From: an uncultured Acidobacteriota bacterium
GTDB taxonomy: Bacteria; Acidobacteriota; Vicinamibacteria; Vicinamibacterales; CAVVIG01
Assembly: GCA_963773035.1 (NCBI GenBank)
Contig: CAVYZX010000004.1
Span: 210,135-274,134 of the forward strand
Length of the DNA: 64,000 nucleotides
Reading direction: 5' to 3'
The position numbers and the translations under genes were made by a program. Positions within the stretch are counted from its first letter, which is position 1. The number at the start of each line of letters is the position of its first letter. Under the pieces are notes generated by a model, which was given only the letters and a program-made list of their open reading frames with translations, made no database searches and had not been told where the DNA came from. Positions 19,283-27,715 of the stretch are shown piece by piece.

Positions 19283-19669
19283 TTATTGCCCTTCTGACGG
19301 CTGCCAGAGCTCAACTTTGTTGCCCTCTGGATCCATGACCCATCCGAATTTTCCATACTCCGAGTCGTCGGTCTTGTCGAGCACGTCACAGCCCTCTTCG
19401 CGCAGCGCTTTGAGAAGTCCTGCGAGATCTTCGACTCGATAGTTGACCATGAAGGTGGACTTGCTTGGCGCGAAGTGGTTGCCCTCCGCTGAACCCACTG
19501 ACCAAATCGTGGTCCCCTTGGTCGGGTTGCCTCCCGAGTCAGTCCAGGTGAAGGCTGTTCCACCCCAGTCCTGAACGTCTATTCCAAGGTGCTTCTTGTA
19601 CCAAGCGCATAGCGACTTCGGATCCTTGGCGCTCATGAAGATACCGCCGATGCCTGTGACTCTTCGCAT
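19283..19669 (-). CDS. VOC family protein (glyoxalase-like)
   Basis: 128 aa. C-terminal YGKFGWVMDPEGNKVELWQP is typical of VOC proteins. Confidence 0.85.
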   Translation of the reverse strand: MRRVTGIGGIFMSAKDPKSLCAWYKKHLGIDVQDWGGTAFTWTDSGGNPTKGTTIWSVGSAEGNHFAPSKSTFMVNYRVEDLAGLLKALREEGCDVLDKTDDSEYGKFGWVMDPEGNKVELWQPSEGQ

Positions 19670-19758
19670 TCAGACCTTTGCTGTTGGTTGAGCGGCTCAA
19701 GGGTAGCGCTTCGGACGTTCGGGTCACGCACCCCAAACAAACGCTTCCGGCAGAAACG

Positions 19759-20382
19759 TCATTTCGGCCCACTCTCCAGATTAAGAGGCTTGGCATTCCT
19801 ACACCATTCTGGAAGCTCACCAGAGCGTGACGCAATTCGGGCCATCTCTTTGGCCTTGCAGATGAGGTGGACCAGGGACGGGTCATCTACAAGCTGGAAA
19901 TGGCCCGGACTTAGAGAAACCACCTCGATATTCTGAGTACCACCAGGACGGGTGATCGCGACTTTGAAATCACCCACCCCTGGACCCGCGTTCATGAACG
20001 ACTCGATGCCCCGGACGTCTGCGCGATTGAGAAAGATCTTGAGCTGCTCGAATTCCTGTGCCGAGAGCGTGGACCGAAAGACAGCCGCTGTGCCACTTTG
20101 TGGGTCCCATCGGTGTGCCAACGGTGGGTCGGCGACTTGGCCTAGGCAGGGAACTATCGTCGAAATCTGGTACACGATCTCGCGGCTATCGAACACCGTC
20201 ACTTCGGAATAGGTGATGGGGGTCTCGTACGGTTCGGGCCTGCAGAGTGGGTTCGGACGAGCAGCCGCATGCGACTGGCGCTCATGCTGCGTGAACACCG
20301 GCCGAGCCTGCGGAAAGGCGTGGGTGCTACAGAGGGAGGCTCCGCCAGCCAAGAGCAGAGAGAGCATGATTCTCGCCGGCAT
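19759..20382 (-). CDS. secreted hypothetical protein
   Basis: Signal peptide MPARIMLSLLLAGGASLCSTHAFPQ. No known motif. Confidence 0.6.
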   Translation of the reverse strand: MPARIMLSLLLAGGASLCSTHAFPQARPVFTQHERQSHAAARPNPLCRPEPYETPITYSEVTVFDSREIVYQISTIVPCLGQVADPPLAHRWDPQSGTAAVFRSTLSAQEFEQLKIFLNRADVRGIESFMNAGPGVGDFKVAITRPGGTQNIEVVSLSPGHFQLVDDPSLVHLICKAKEMARIASRSGELPEWCRNAKPLNLESGPK

Positions 20383-20479
20383 CGGATGAAGTCCTATTCT
20401 GACACGTTAGTCACGCTTAACCCCTGGCCTCGAGGCAACTCGATAAGGAAAGGCCGATTGCCACGCGAACACGGCGCAA

Positions 20480-21229
20480 TCATATTCGAACCAGGATGTC
20501 TGAATTCCTCCAGACTCCAATGAGAGATGCCCGGAAGCACGGCGCCTGGCCATCCACCAAGCCGTGCGACCGGCGAACGCTCACGTATCGGGAAGCTTTC
20601 TTGTCGCCGGGCATCCAGAACTCGGTTGGCCATGATCGAGTCTGCTTGGGCTCGTTCTGGGTATAGAAGATGTGATCAAAAGTCGCTTCTTCGTGAACCG
20701 TCCCGTCATGAATATGTACCGTCGGGAAAAAGACTGTCGAAGGATCTCTCGTCCGAAACGAGAACGCCATCGGGTGGACGTTCACGCGTTTACCAGGTCG
20801 TAATTTGAAAACGACAAACCCGAACGACGTGTACGCCGGGAGTTGGTTCCAGACATGTTGAGGGATCCGGAAGCGCGGGTCCAACCGATTCAACAAATCC
20901 ATGCTCGGAACGAACGAGGCTTCAAATGCTCCAACTTGCTCGACCTTGAGGGTGACCCGTGGCTTCAGGCCTCCGAGCAAGTCAGCGCCCGACAACATGC
21001 GCTGAAAGTGAGCCTCAATGTCACTGAAGAAGTGTGGGTAATCGTCGAGCGCTACAAACTCCACTGCGTCTTCGGTAGCGCCGGAAGCGACCGGAATGGG
21101 AAGAACCATCGCAGTGTCTTCGTCCGAGCTGAAAGTCATCTCATAGACGAGATACTCCCTGTCGGCGTTGATCCTTGCAAAGATGTTCGTGCCAGACACA
21201 TCGCTGACATGGCCTGTGAAACAGCACAT
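20480..21229 (-). CDS. conserved-looking hypothetical protein starting MCCFTG
   Basis: 249-aa ORF with an ATG start and no family I can name. Its GC content is lower than the flanks by eye. Confidence 0.65.
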   Translation of the reverse strand: MCCFTGHVSDVSGTNIFARINADREYLVYEMTFSSDEDTAMVLPIPVASGATEDAVEFVALDDYPHFFSDIEAHFQRMLSGADLLGGLKPRVTLKVEQVGAFEASFVPSMDLLNRLDPRFRIPQHVWNQLPAYTSFGFVVFKLRPGKRVNVHPMAFSFRTRDPSTVFFPTVHIHDGTVHEEATFDHIFYTQNEPKQTRSWPTEFWMPGDKKASRYVSVRRSHGLVDGQAPCFRASLIGVWRNSDILVRI

Positions 21230-21348
21230 CGTTGCGTGGCCCTCCGAGCGATGAACAAAGAAAGGACGTCGGTTGTTGGAGTCTGTCTAACGAATAGTCG
21301 CGAGAACGGGATAATCCCAGGGTGCCGCGTCGCAGTGTAGCGCCACGG

Positions 21349-22326
21349 TCAGGCCTTCGACTCGACCCGTCGCCTCGTCACAATGTCGATCCACGCCGCG
21401 AGCAGAATCACGACGCCCGTCACGAGCGGCTGCCAGTTGGCATTGATGCTCAGCAGATTCATCCCGTTCAGCACGAGCGTCAAGGTGACCGCGCCCACCA
21501 GCGTCCCCGAGAGCGTACCCACACCACCCAGCAACGATGTCCCTCCAACGAGGACCGCGGCGATAGCCGGCAGCAACAGTGGCTCCCCAATGTCGGCCTC
21601 GGCCGAGTTCAGTCGTGCCAGGTACACGATCGCCGCCAGGCCGGCCATCGCGCCGCTGATGGTGTAGACGAGATTCTTTCGGCTGCTGACGGGAACGCCG
21701 GAGAGTCGCGCCGCCTCGCCGTTGGCGCCAATCGCGTAGAGCTCGTACCCGTACGTCGTGTAGCGAATGAACACGCCAAGGGCGGCCAGCGCCAACACCA
21801 TCAGATACACCGGCACCGGTATCCCCAGCACGTATCCGCTGCCGAGCGTGCGAAAACCAGGAGGAAATCCGTAGATGGTCTCGCCGGCCATGTACCAGAA
21901 CGTGACCCCGTGCACCACCCACAACATACCGTAGGTGGCGATGAACGGCGGCAGCCTGAGCAGCGTCACCATCAGCCCGTTCAGAAAACCAATTGCGGTC
22001 CCGCAAGCCAGACCAGCGGCCACGCCCAGGACAATCGATCCGGACGACTTCATGACTGTCGCCGCGATGCAAGCGCTCAGGCCGACGTTGGCGCCGATCG
22101 ACAGATCGATGCCACCCGCGATGATCACCAACGTGACGCCCGATGCGATCAGGAACGTCAAGCTCGCCTGCCGCAGCACGTTCAGCACGTTCGAGGCCGT
22201 GAGAAAGGCGTCGCTCGAGACTGCGAGGACGATGGACAGCAGCAGCACGCCGGCTACGCGGTAGCCAAGCGCCTCAACGTCGGCCGATATCCCCGGCCGC
22301 GCAGCCGTCGTCGCAGGAGCGATCAC
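21349..22326 (-). CDS. sugar ABC transporter permease (RbsC/AraH-like)
   Basis: The GTG start overlaps the upstream TGA (GTGA at 22323-22326). About ten transmembrane helices, with the motif GGIDLSIGA. Confidence 0.9.
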   Translation of the reverse strand: MIAPATTAARPGISADVEALGYRVAGVLLLSIVLAVSSDAFLTASNVLNVLRQASLTFLIASGVTLVIIAGGIDLSIGANVGLSACIAATVMKSSGSIVLGVAAGLACGTAIGFLNGLMVTLLRLPPFIATYGMLWVVHGVTFWYMAGETIYGFPPGFRTLGSGYVLGIPVPVYLMVLALAALGVFIRYTTYGYELYAIGANGEAARLSGVPVSSRKNLVYTISGAMAGLAAIVYLARLNSAEADIGEPLLLPAIAAVLVGGTSLLGGVGTLSGTLVGAVTLTLVLNGMNLLSINANWQPLVTGVVILLAAWIDIVTRRRVESKA

Positions 22327-23264
22327 GTACGGCCTCGCAGCGAGTCGATGAGCAGCGCGACGATCACCAGCAGGCCGATGCTCGCAACCTGGAGCGACGA
22401 AGGCACGGCCAACACGTTCAAGCCGTTCTTCAAGACGCCAATCGTCAGGACCCCCAGGAGCGTTCCGGGCAACCAGCCATTGCCACGCTCGAACGACGTT
22501 CCACCGACGACGACGGCGGCGACTGCATCGAATTCCATGCCAATCGACGCGATCGGGTGCCCGGCGTTCATCCGTCCGGTCAGCAGCAGCGCGGCAAAGC
22601 CGGCCATCAGACCGCCCAGCGCGTAAATCGCCACGTGGTAGGTGTTGGTGCTGACGGCCGCCAGGGTCAGCGATTCGCGATTGCCACCAATGGCGAACAC
22701 ATACGTGCCAAAGCGTGTGTAGTACAGCACCCAGTGAAACAGCAGGTACGCACACGCGGCGACCACGACGGAAAAAGGCAGACCCACCCAGCTGCTCGAG
22801 TACATCGCAGGAAGCGCCTCGCCAATCCCGACGACGCTCTGACCGCCGGTCGCAGCGAGCGCAATGCCACGTGCGACGCCCATCATGCCCAACGTGGCGA
22901 CGAACGGAGGAATCCCCAGAAAGACGACGAGAAGTCCGTTGACGAGGCCGAAGACTTGCCCCGTGGCGAGCGCGGCCAGAAGGGCGATCGGAAGGGCGCC
23001 GCCTCGTACCAGGACCATCGCGAGGACCACACCTGCCAGACCGAGGACCGCGCCCATCGAAAGATCCAGGCCTTCGCTCATCACGACGAGCGTCATCGGA
23101 AGCGCGAGCAGAAGCAGAATCGAAGATTGCAGGCCGATGTTGAGCAGGTTCGGAACCGAAGCAAAGCTGGGATCGAAGATCGAGAACAGAACAAGCTGCG
23201 CTGCGAGCAGGTATCCGACGCCGGGCAGCGCGGCGGCGGCTGCAAGCGGCTTCCGCGTGATCAA
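22323..23264 (-). CDS. sugar ABC transporter permease (RbsC/AraH-like)
   Basis: 313 aa with motifs EGLDLSMGA and PPFVATLGMM. Confidence 0.9.
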   Translation of the reverse strand: MITRKPLAAAAALPGVGYLLAAQLVLFSIFDPSFASVPNLLNIGLQSSILLLLALPMTLVVMSEGLDLSMGAVLGLAGVVLAMVLVRGGALPIALLAALATGQVFGLVNGLLVVFLGIPPFVATLGMMGVARGIALAATGGQSVVGIGEALPAMYSSSWVGLPFSVVVAACAYLLFHWVLYYTRFGTYVFAIGGNRESLTLAAVSTNTYHVAIYALGGLMAGFAALLLTGRMNAGHPIASIGMEFDAVAAVVVGGTSFERGNGWLPGTLLGVLTIGVLKNGLNVLAVPSSLQVASIGLLVIVALLIDSLRGRT

Positions 23265-23271
23265 GACGGGC

Positions 23272-24531
23272 CTAGACCGAGGCCGCGGGCTTCGACTGGC
23301 CGCGGCTCAGGAGCAGCCAGACGGCAACGCCGATCGCAGGGAGCAGTGCGATCAGCCAGAAGATTTCCTCCCACCGCTGGTCGTTCATCCAGTTCGACCA
23401 CGGCCCGATGGCCCGCAACAGCACGAAGTTCACGAGCGACCACGATCCTGACGCGATACCAGACATCATCGCCGCCTGCTCACGTGGAAACGCGTACGAG
23501 CCGACCTTGAGCGCGAGCATCTGAAATCCGCCGCCTATGAAGGTAGAGAAGGAAATCAATGCGATCGCCAGTGGGACGGACGTCGTCCATGTGGTGGCGC
23601 CGAGTGTCAGGGAGGCAACGGTGAGCAGGAGGAACATCCCGATGGGTCGTGGATTGTTCTCGGCAAACTTGTCGGCCGCCCAGCCCCAGAAGAAATAGCC
23701 GATGCCCCAGGTGAGCGGCGGGATCCAGACGAGCTGATTGAGGTCCGACTGCGACTGGCTGAGCCTCTGATTCAGATACAGCGCGACGATCGTCAGAATG
23801 GGCCCCGGGGAAATCGCGGGCAGCGCATAGCTGAAGACGAGCGCCCAGACCCGGCGCTCGAACAGGTTGGGCCAGGTCATTTTCGCGGGCCGATGGGCAA
23901 CCTTCGGAAGAAATGGCGGACGGGCGATTGCCGTCCAAATGGCCAGCCAGACAAGTCCGAGGCCGCCGGTGGCCAGAAAGGCCGTCCGCCAGCCGTAGCG
24001 GACCGCGAGCGGGCCAAGAAGCAGCGGCATCATCACCGCGCCAATCGTGCCTCCGCTGAAGGACAACGCGATCCCGCGAGCACGCACAGTGGCGGGCAGC
24101 GATTCGACAGCCGTCCTCAACCCTCCGGGAAACGTCGCACCTTCACCGAATCCGAGGACGGCTCGCGCGAGAGCGAAGCCGGCAAACGCGCTCATCCACG
24201 CGTGCGACATGCTCGCGGCCGTCCAGATGCCGACCGCCAGCAACATGCCGACGCGCAGGCCGACGTAATCGAGAATCGATCCCCAAATCGGGTTGCTCAA
24301 CGTGTAGGCGAGGAAGAAAAACGAGGCGGCGTCGGTGAAATTCTGCGCGGACAGGCCAGTGTCTTTGAGGATCGTCGGCGACAGGATCGCGAGCACTTGA
24401 CGGTCCACGAACGACAGCCACGAGCAGAGGGCCATCCCGATACACGGCACCCACTGGCGCCAATCCACGGTGCTGACACTCACCGATTTCGCCGCCGCCG
24501 ACACTCTCACGTCCGTCGTCGATGGAGACAT
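23272..24531 (-). CDS. MFS transporter
   Basis: 419 aa with 12-helix-like hydrophobicity. The stop lies 7 nt upstream of the permease start. Confidence 0.9.
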   Translation of the reverse strand: MSPSTTDVRVSAAAKSVSVSTVDWRQWVPCIGMALCSWLSFVDRQVLAILSPTILKDTGLSAQNFTDAASFFFLAYTLSNPIWGSILDYVGLRVGMLLAVGIWTAASMSHAWMSAFAGFALARAVLGFGEGATFPGGLRTAVESLPATVRARGIALSFSGGTIGAVMMPLLLGPLAVRYGWRTAFLATGGLGLVWLAIWTAIARPPFLPKVAHRPAKMTWPNLFERRVWALVFSYALPAISPGPILTIVALYLNQRLSQSQSDLNQLVWIPPLTWGIGYFFWGWAADKFAENNPRPIGMFLLLTVASLTLGATTWTTSVPLAIALISFSTFIGGGFQMLALKVGSYAFPREQAAMMSGIASGSWSLVNFVLLRAIGPWSNWMNDQRWEEIFWLIALLPAIGVAVWLLLSRGQSKPAASV

Positions 24532-24583
24532 GGCCCAGGCTCCTAAAAACTCGCGAAGGCCGTCATGCTATCACGAGGACGTT

Positions 24584-24772
24584 GGGCGGGAGGGGCGGGA
24601 AAGGCTGGATGGGAGTACGCGATTTGTTCCAGCCTGTCCTATCTTACCTACCTTTCCTGCCCCTCCTGCCCTTCCTGCCCTTCGTGCCCTTCCTGCCTTT
24701 CCTGCCCTTCCTGCCCCTCCTGCCCCTCCCTGCCCCTCCCGCCCCTCCCTGCCCCTCCCGCCTTTCCCGCCC
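24584..24772. repeat. 9-nt-period C-rich tandem repeat with an upstream complementary G-rich arm
   Basis: About 13 units of C(T/C)TCCTGCC span 24651-24772. The G-rich arm gggcgggaggggcgggaaaggctggatggg lies at 24584-24613. Confidence 0.8.
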
Positions 24773-24778
24773 ACGCGT

Positions 24779-26284
24779 TCACGAATGGTGCATGGCAAGC
24801 CGCAGAATGTTTTCCTCCGTCAGGTCCTGACGCCCGAGCTCGGCAACGATGGTCTTGTCGCGCATCACGTAGGCGCGATCGCAGACCGCCACCATTTCGG
24901 GGAGCTCGGAGCTGATCATGAGAATTGCGGCGCCTTCGGCGACGAGATTTTCCATGAAGTTGTAGATTTCCGCTTTTGCGCCGACGTCGACGCCTCGAGT
25001 CGGCTCGTCGAAAATGAAGAACCGGGACCCGGCATTGAGCCACTTTCCGATCACGACTTTCTGCTGATTGCCGCCGCTCAAGAACTTTGCTAGCCGCCGA
25101 GGAGAGGGAGTGCTGACGTGCAGGCGGCCGATCAGCTGGGCGGCGATGCTCGATGCCCGAGCCGGACGATACCAGCCTTTCGGAAACATCCGGCCCAGTC
25201 CTGCGACAAGCAGGTTGTCTTGAACCGAGCGGATCAAAGCCAGTCCCTGCGCTTTGCGATCCTCGGGAACGAGGCCCACTCCAACTCCGACGGCCGCCGT
25301 TGGCCCGCCGTGAAAGGGTTTGCCATTCACGTGGACGTTCCCATTTACAAGGCGATCCGCTCCGAAGATCGCACGCGCGAGCTCGGTCCGGCCGGCGCCG
25401 ACCAGACCCGCAAGTCCCACGATCTCTCCCTGGCGGACCGTGAGGCTGGCTGCACGGACGCCGTTCGCAGCTTCGAGGGCGCTGACCTCCAGCAGCGTCT
25501 CGCCCGGGCGAGTACAGAATTGATGACGGTAGGTCGTGCTCACCTCGCGACCGACCATCGTGCGCACGAGCTCGGTGGGGTCGGTGCGCTCTGGATCGAG
25601 CTCCGCGATCTTGCGTCCATCGCGCAGGACGGTGATGCGATCGCCGATCTCGAAGATCTCGTGGAGCCGGTGCGAGATGTACACGATGGCGACGCCGTCC
25701 TGTTTGAGCTTGCGGATGAGGCCGAAGAGCCTCTCGATTTCAGGCTCCGACAGCGCCGCGGTCGGTTCATCCATGACGAGGATTCGCGCGTTCTGCGATA
25801 ACGCCTTCGCGATCTCGACGATCTGCTGCTGGGCGACCCCGAGTCGATGGGCGGGGGTGCGCGTATCGAGATCAAATCCGAGTGTGGTCAGCACGCGGCG
25901 CGCCTCGTCGTGAAGGCGCGTGCGGTCGATACTGCCGGGCAGGCGCCCGCGGAACTCGCGGCCGAGGAAGATGTTTTGCGCGACATTCAAGTACGGCACC
26001 AGCGAGAATTCCTGGAAGATGACGGCGATGCCCAATCGCCGGGCATCGATCGGCGATCCAATGCGAACCGGGACGCCCTTGAACAGAAATTGACCGCGAT
26101 CGGGGTGATACGCCCCGTACAGCGTCTTGATCAGCGTCGACTTCCCTGCACCGTTCTGCCCGAGCAGCACGTGCACTTCGCCAGCCCTGATCTCGAGCGA
26201 CACGTCCTCGAGCGCGCGGACGCCTGGAAATGTCTTGGAGACACCGCGCATCTCCAGCAGCGGAGGGACTGTGGCTTCGGACAC
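24779..26284 (-). CDS. sugar ABC transporter ATP-binding protein (duplicated NBD, RbsA/MglA-like)
   Basis: Walker A GQNGAGKST, signature LSGGNQQK, and two nucleotide-binding domains in 501 aa. Confidence 0.95.
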   Translation of the reverse strand: MSEATVPPLLEMRGVSKTFPGVRALEDVSLEIRAGEVHVLLGQNGAGKSTLIKTLYGAYHPDRGQFLFKGVPVRIGSPIDARRLGIAVIFQEFSLVPYLNVAQNIFLGREFRGRLPGSIDRTRLHDEARRVLTTLGFDLDTRTPAHRLGVAQQQIVEIAKALSQNARILVMDEPTAALSEPEIERLFGLIRKLKQDGVAIVYISHRLHEIFEIGDRITVLRDGRKIAELDPERTDPTELVRTMVGREVSTTYRHQFCTRPGETLLEVSALEAANGVRAASLTVRQGEIVGLAGLVGAGRTELARAIFGADRLVNGNVHVNGKPFHGGPTAAVGVGVGLVPEDRKAQGLALIRSVQDNLLVAGLGRMFPKGWYRPARASSIAAQLIGRLHVSTPSPRRLAKFLSGGNQQKVVIGKWLNAGSRFFIFDEPTRGVDVGAKAEIYNFMENLVAEGAAILMISSELPEMVAVCDRAYVMRDKTIVAELGRQDLTEENILRLAMHHS

Positions 26285-26444
26285 GCAGCTTAAGATAGTC
26301 CCTTCCTGCTAGAATCGCCCCCGGCAGGCCGTTCGAATCACGGGTCGAGCAAACGGAAAAGACCGTTGCGCTGGTGGCATCGGGAATAGCGCCCGCGAGG
26401 CCCGCGAGGGAGCGGAGCGGGGCATCGGGGCCCCCGCGAGCGCC

Positions 26445-26529
26445 GCCTTCGCTCTTCGAGCTACGGCGAGCCTCGCCGTAGCCTTGGCGCAGGCGGGACC
26501 GAGCCGGGGTCCGGGGCGGAGCCCCGGAC
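26445..26529. repeat. nested-palindrome REP-like element plus adjacent GC hairpin
   Basis: Inner stem gctacggcgag/ctcgccgtagc at 26459-26482. Second hairpin gtccgggg-cggag-ccccggac at 26509-26529, just upstream of the amidohydrolase RBS. Confidence 0.6.
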
Positions 26530-26545
26530 TGGTTAAGGAGGAGCC

Positions 26546-27619
26546 ATGGCTAATCGCAGGACGTTCGTCAAGAACGCGGCCGGCGCCGTCGCGGGTGTAC
26601 TGCTGGCCGATCGCAGCGTGCGCAAGGTCATTGCTGCCGGTGCTCAGTCGAGCGCCGCGGCCGGACGACGGCAGGTGACGGTGGGCGGACGAAGGGTCAA
26701 GGTGATCGACGTCCATTGCCACTGCATCGTGCCCGGCGTCGCGGAGATGATGGGCCAGACCACGGCGAACAACCCTGCGCTCGTCATGGGCACGGATCGC
26801 CTGAAGCAGATGGACGCGCAGGGCATCGACGTGGAAGCCTTGAGCATCAATCCGACCTGGTACGGCGCGGACCTCGAAGTGGCGCGCAAGCTCATCAAGT
26901 TCCAGAACGAGAAGCTGGCGGAGTTCTGCGCCGCGCACTCGGATCGATTCGTCGGGTTCGCCACCGCCGCGCTGCAGCATCCCGACCTGGCTGCCGAACA
27001 GGTGGAAGACGGGGTGAAGAGACTGGGCTTGCGCGGCGTGTCAGTCGGCGCGAGCGTCGCCGGCGAAGAGCTCGCCAATCCCAAGTTCCACCCCTTCTGG
27101 GCGAAGGTGGAATCGCTCGGAGTACCGGTTTTCATGCATCCACAAGGGACGCCGGAGCTGCGGACGCGCCTCCAGGGCAACGGCGTGCTCACGAACGTGA
27201 TCGGCAATCCGCTCGATACGACGATCGCCCTCTCCCACCTGATCTTCGAGGGAACGCTGGATCAGTTTCCCCGGCTGAAGATCTGCTCCGCGCACGGAGG
27301 GGGCTATCTGCCGTCGTACGCCGACCGGTCCGATCACGGCTGCCTGACGTTTCCCGAGCAGTGCACGAAAACGCTGAAGAAACGGCCAACCGAGTACCTC
27401 AAGCAGCTCTATTTCGATTCGCTCATCTTCACCGGCGAGGCCTTGCGCCACCTCGTCGCGCAAGCCGGCATCAGTCAGATCGTGCTTGGCACCGACTACC
27501 CGTTTCCCTGGACCACGACTGCCGTGGACCATGTCCTCGGAACGCCCGGACTGAGCGATGCGGACCGGGTCGCCATTCTTGGCGGAAACGCCGCCAAATT
27601 GTTGAGCATTGCCGCCTAG
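26546..27619 (+). CDS. amidohydrolase-2 (ACMSD/LigW-like) family protein with Tat signal
   Basis: MANRRTFVKNAAGAVAGVLLA is Tat-like. VIDVHCHCIVP matches the metal motif of the amidohydrolase_2 family. AAGGAGG RBS. Confidence 0.85.
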   Translation: MANRRTFVKNAAGAVAGVLLADRSVRKVIAAGAQSSAAAGRRQVTVGGRRVKVIDVHCHCIVPGVAEMMGQTTANNPALVMGTDRLKQMDAQGIDVEALSINPTWYGADLEVARKLIKFQNEKLAEFCAAHSDRFVGFATAALQHPDLAAEQVEDGVKRLGLRGVSVGASVAGEELANPKFHPFWAKVESLGVPVFMHPQGTPELRTRLQGNGVLTNVIGNPLDTTIALSHLIFEGTLDQFPRLKICSAHGGGYLPSYADRSDHGCLTFPEQCTKTLKKRPTEYLKQLYFDSLIFTGEALRHLVAQAGISQIVLGTDYPFPWTTTAVDHVLGTPGLSDADRVAILGGNAAKLLSIAA

Positions 27620-27715
27620 GTTGCATCACGCTCAGAACACAGCCGGCGGCCGGCGCGGCACGCAAGATGCACGGTTCTGCGCGCATTTCGGCCTATCGTC
27701 AAGGTCTGACTGCTT

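Noticed and set aside
21322-23510. Long plus-strand ORFs (434 aa and 317 aa) opposite the ABC permease genes
   Set aside because: They have highly basic, low-complexity Arg/His/Gln/Asp composition and no motifs. The opposite strand encodes textbook permeases.
24636-24772. Possible CRISPR array
   Set aside because: The units are 9-10 nt and directly abutting, with no spacers. There are no cas genes in the window.
24522-24830. ORFs translating as PFLPFLPFVPFL... (plus) and as a Gly-X-Y collagen-like GRAGKAGRARRAGRAGGAGK... (minus)
   Set aside because: They are simply translations of the 9-nt-period repeat. The same repeat occurs at three other intergenic loci and in both orientations, with no start or RBS context.
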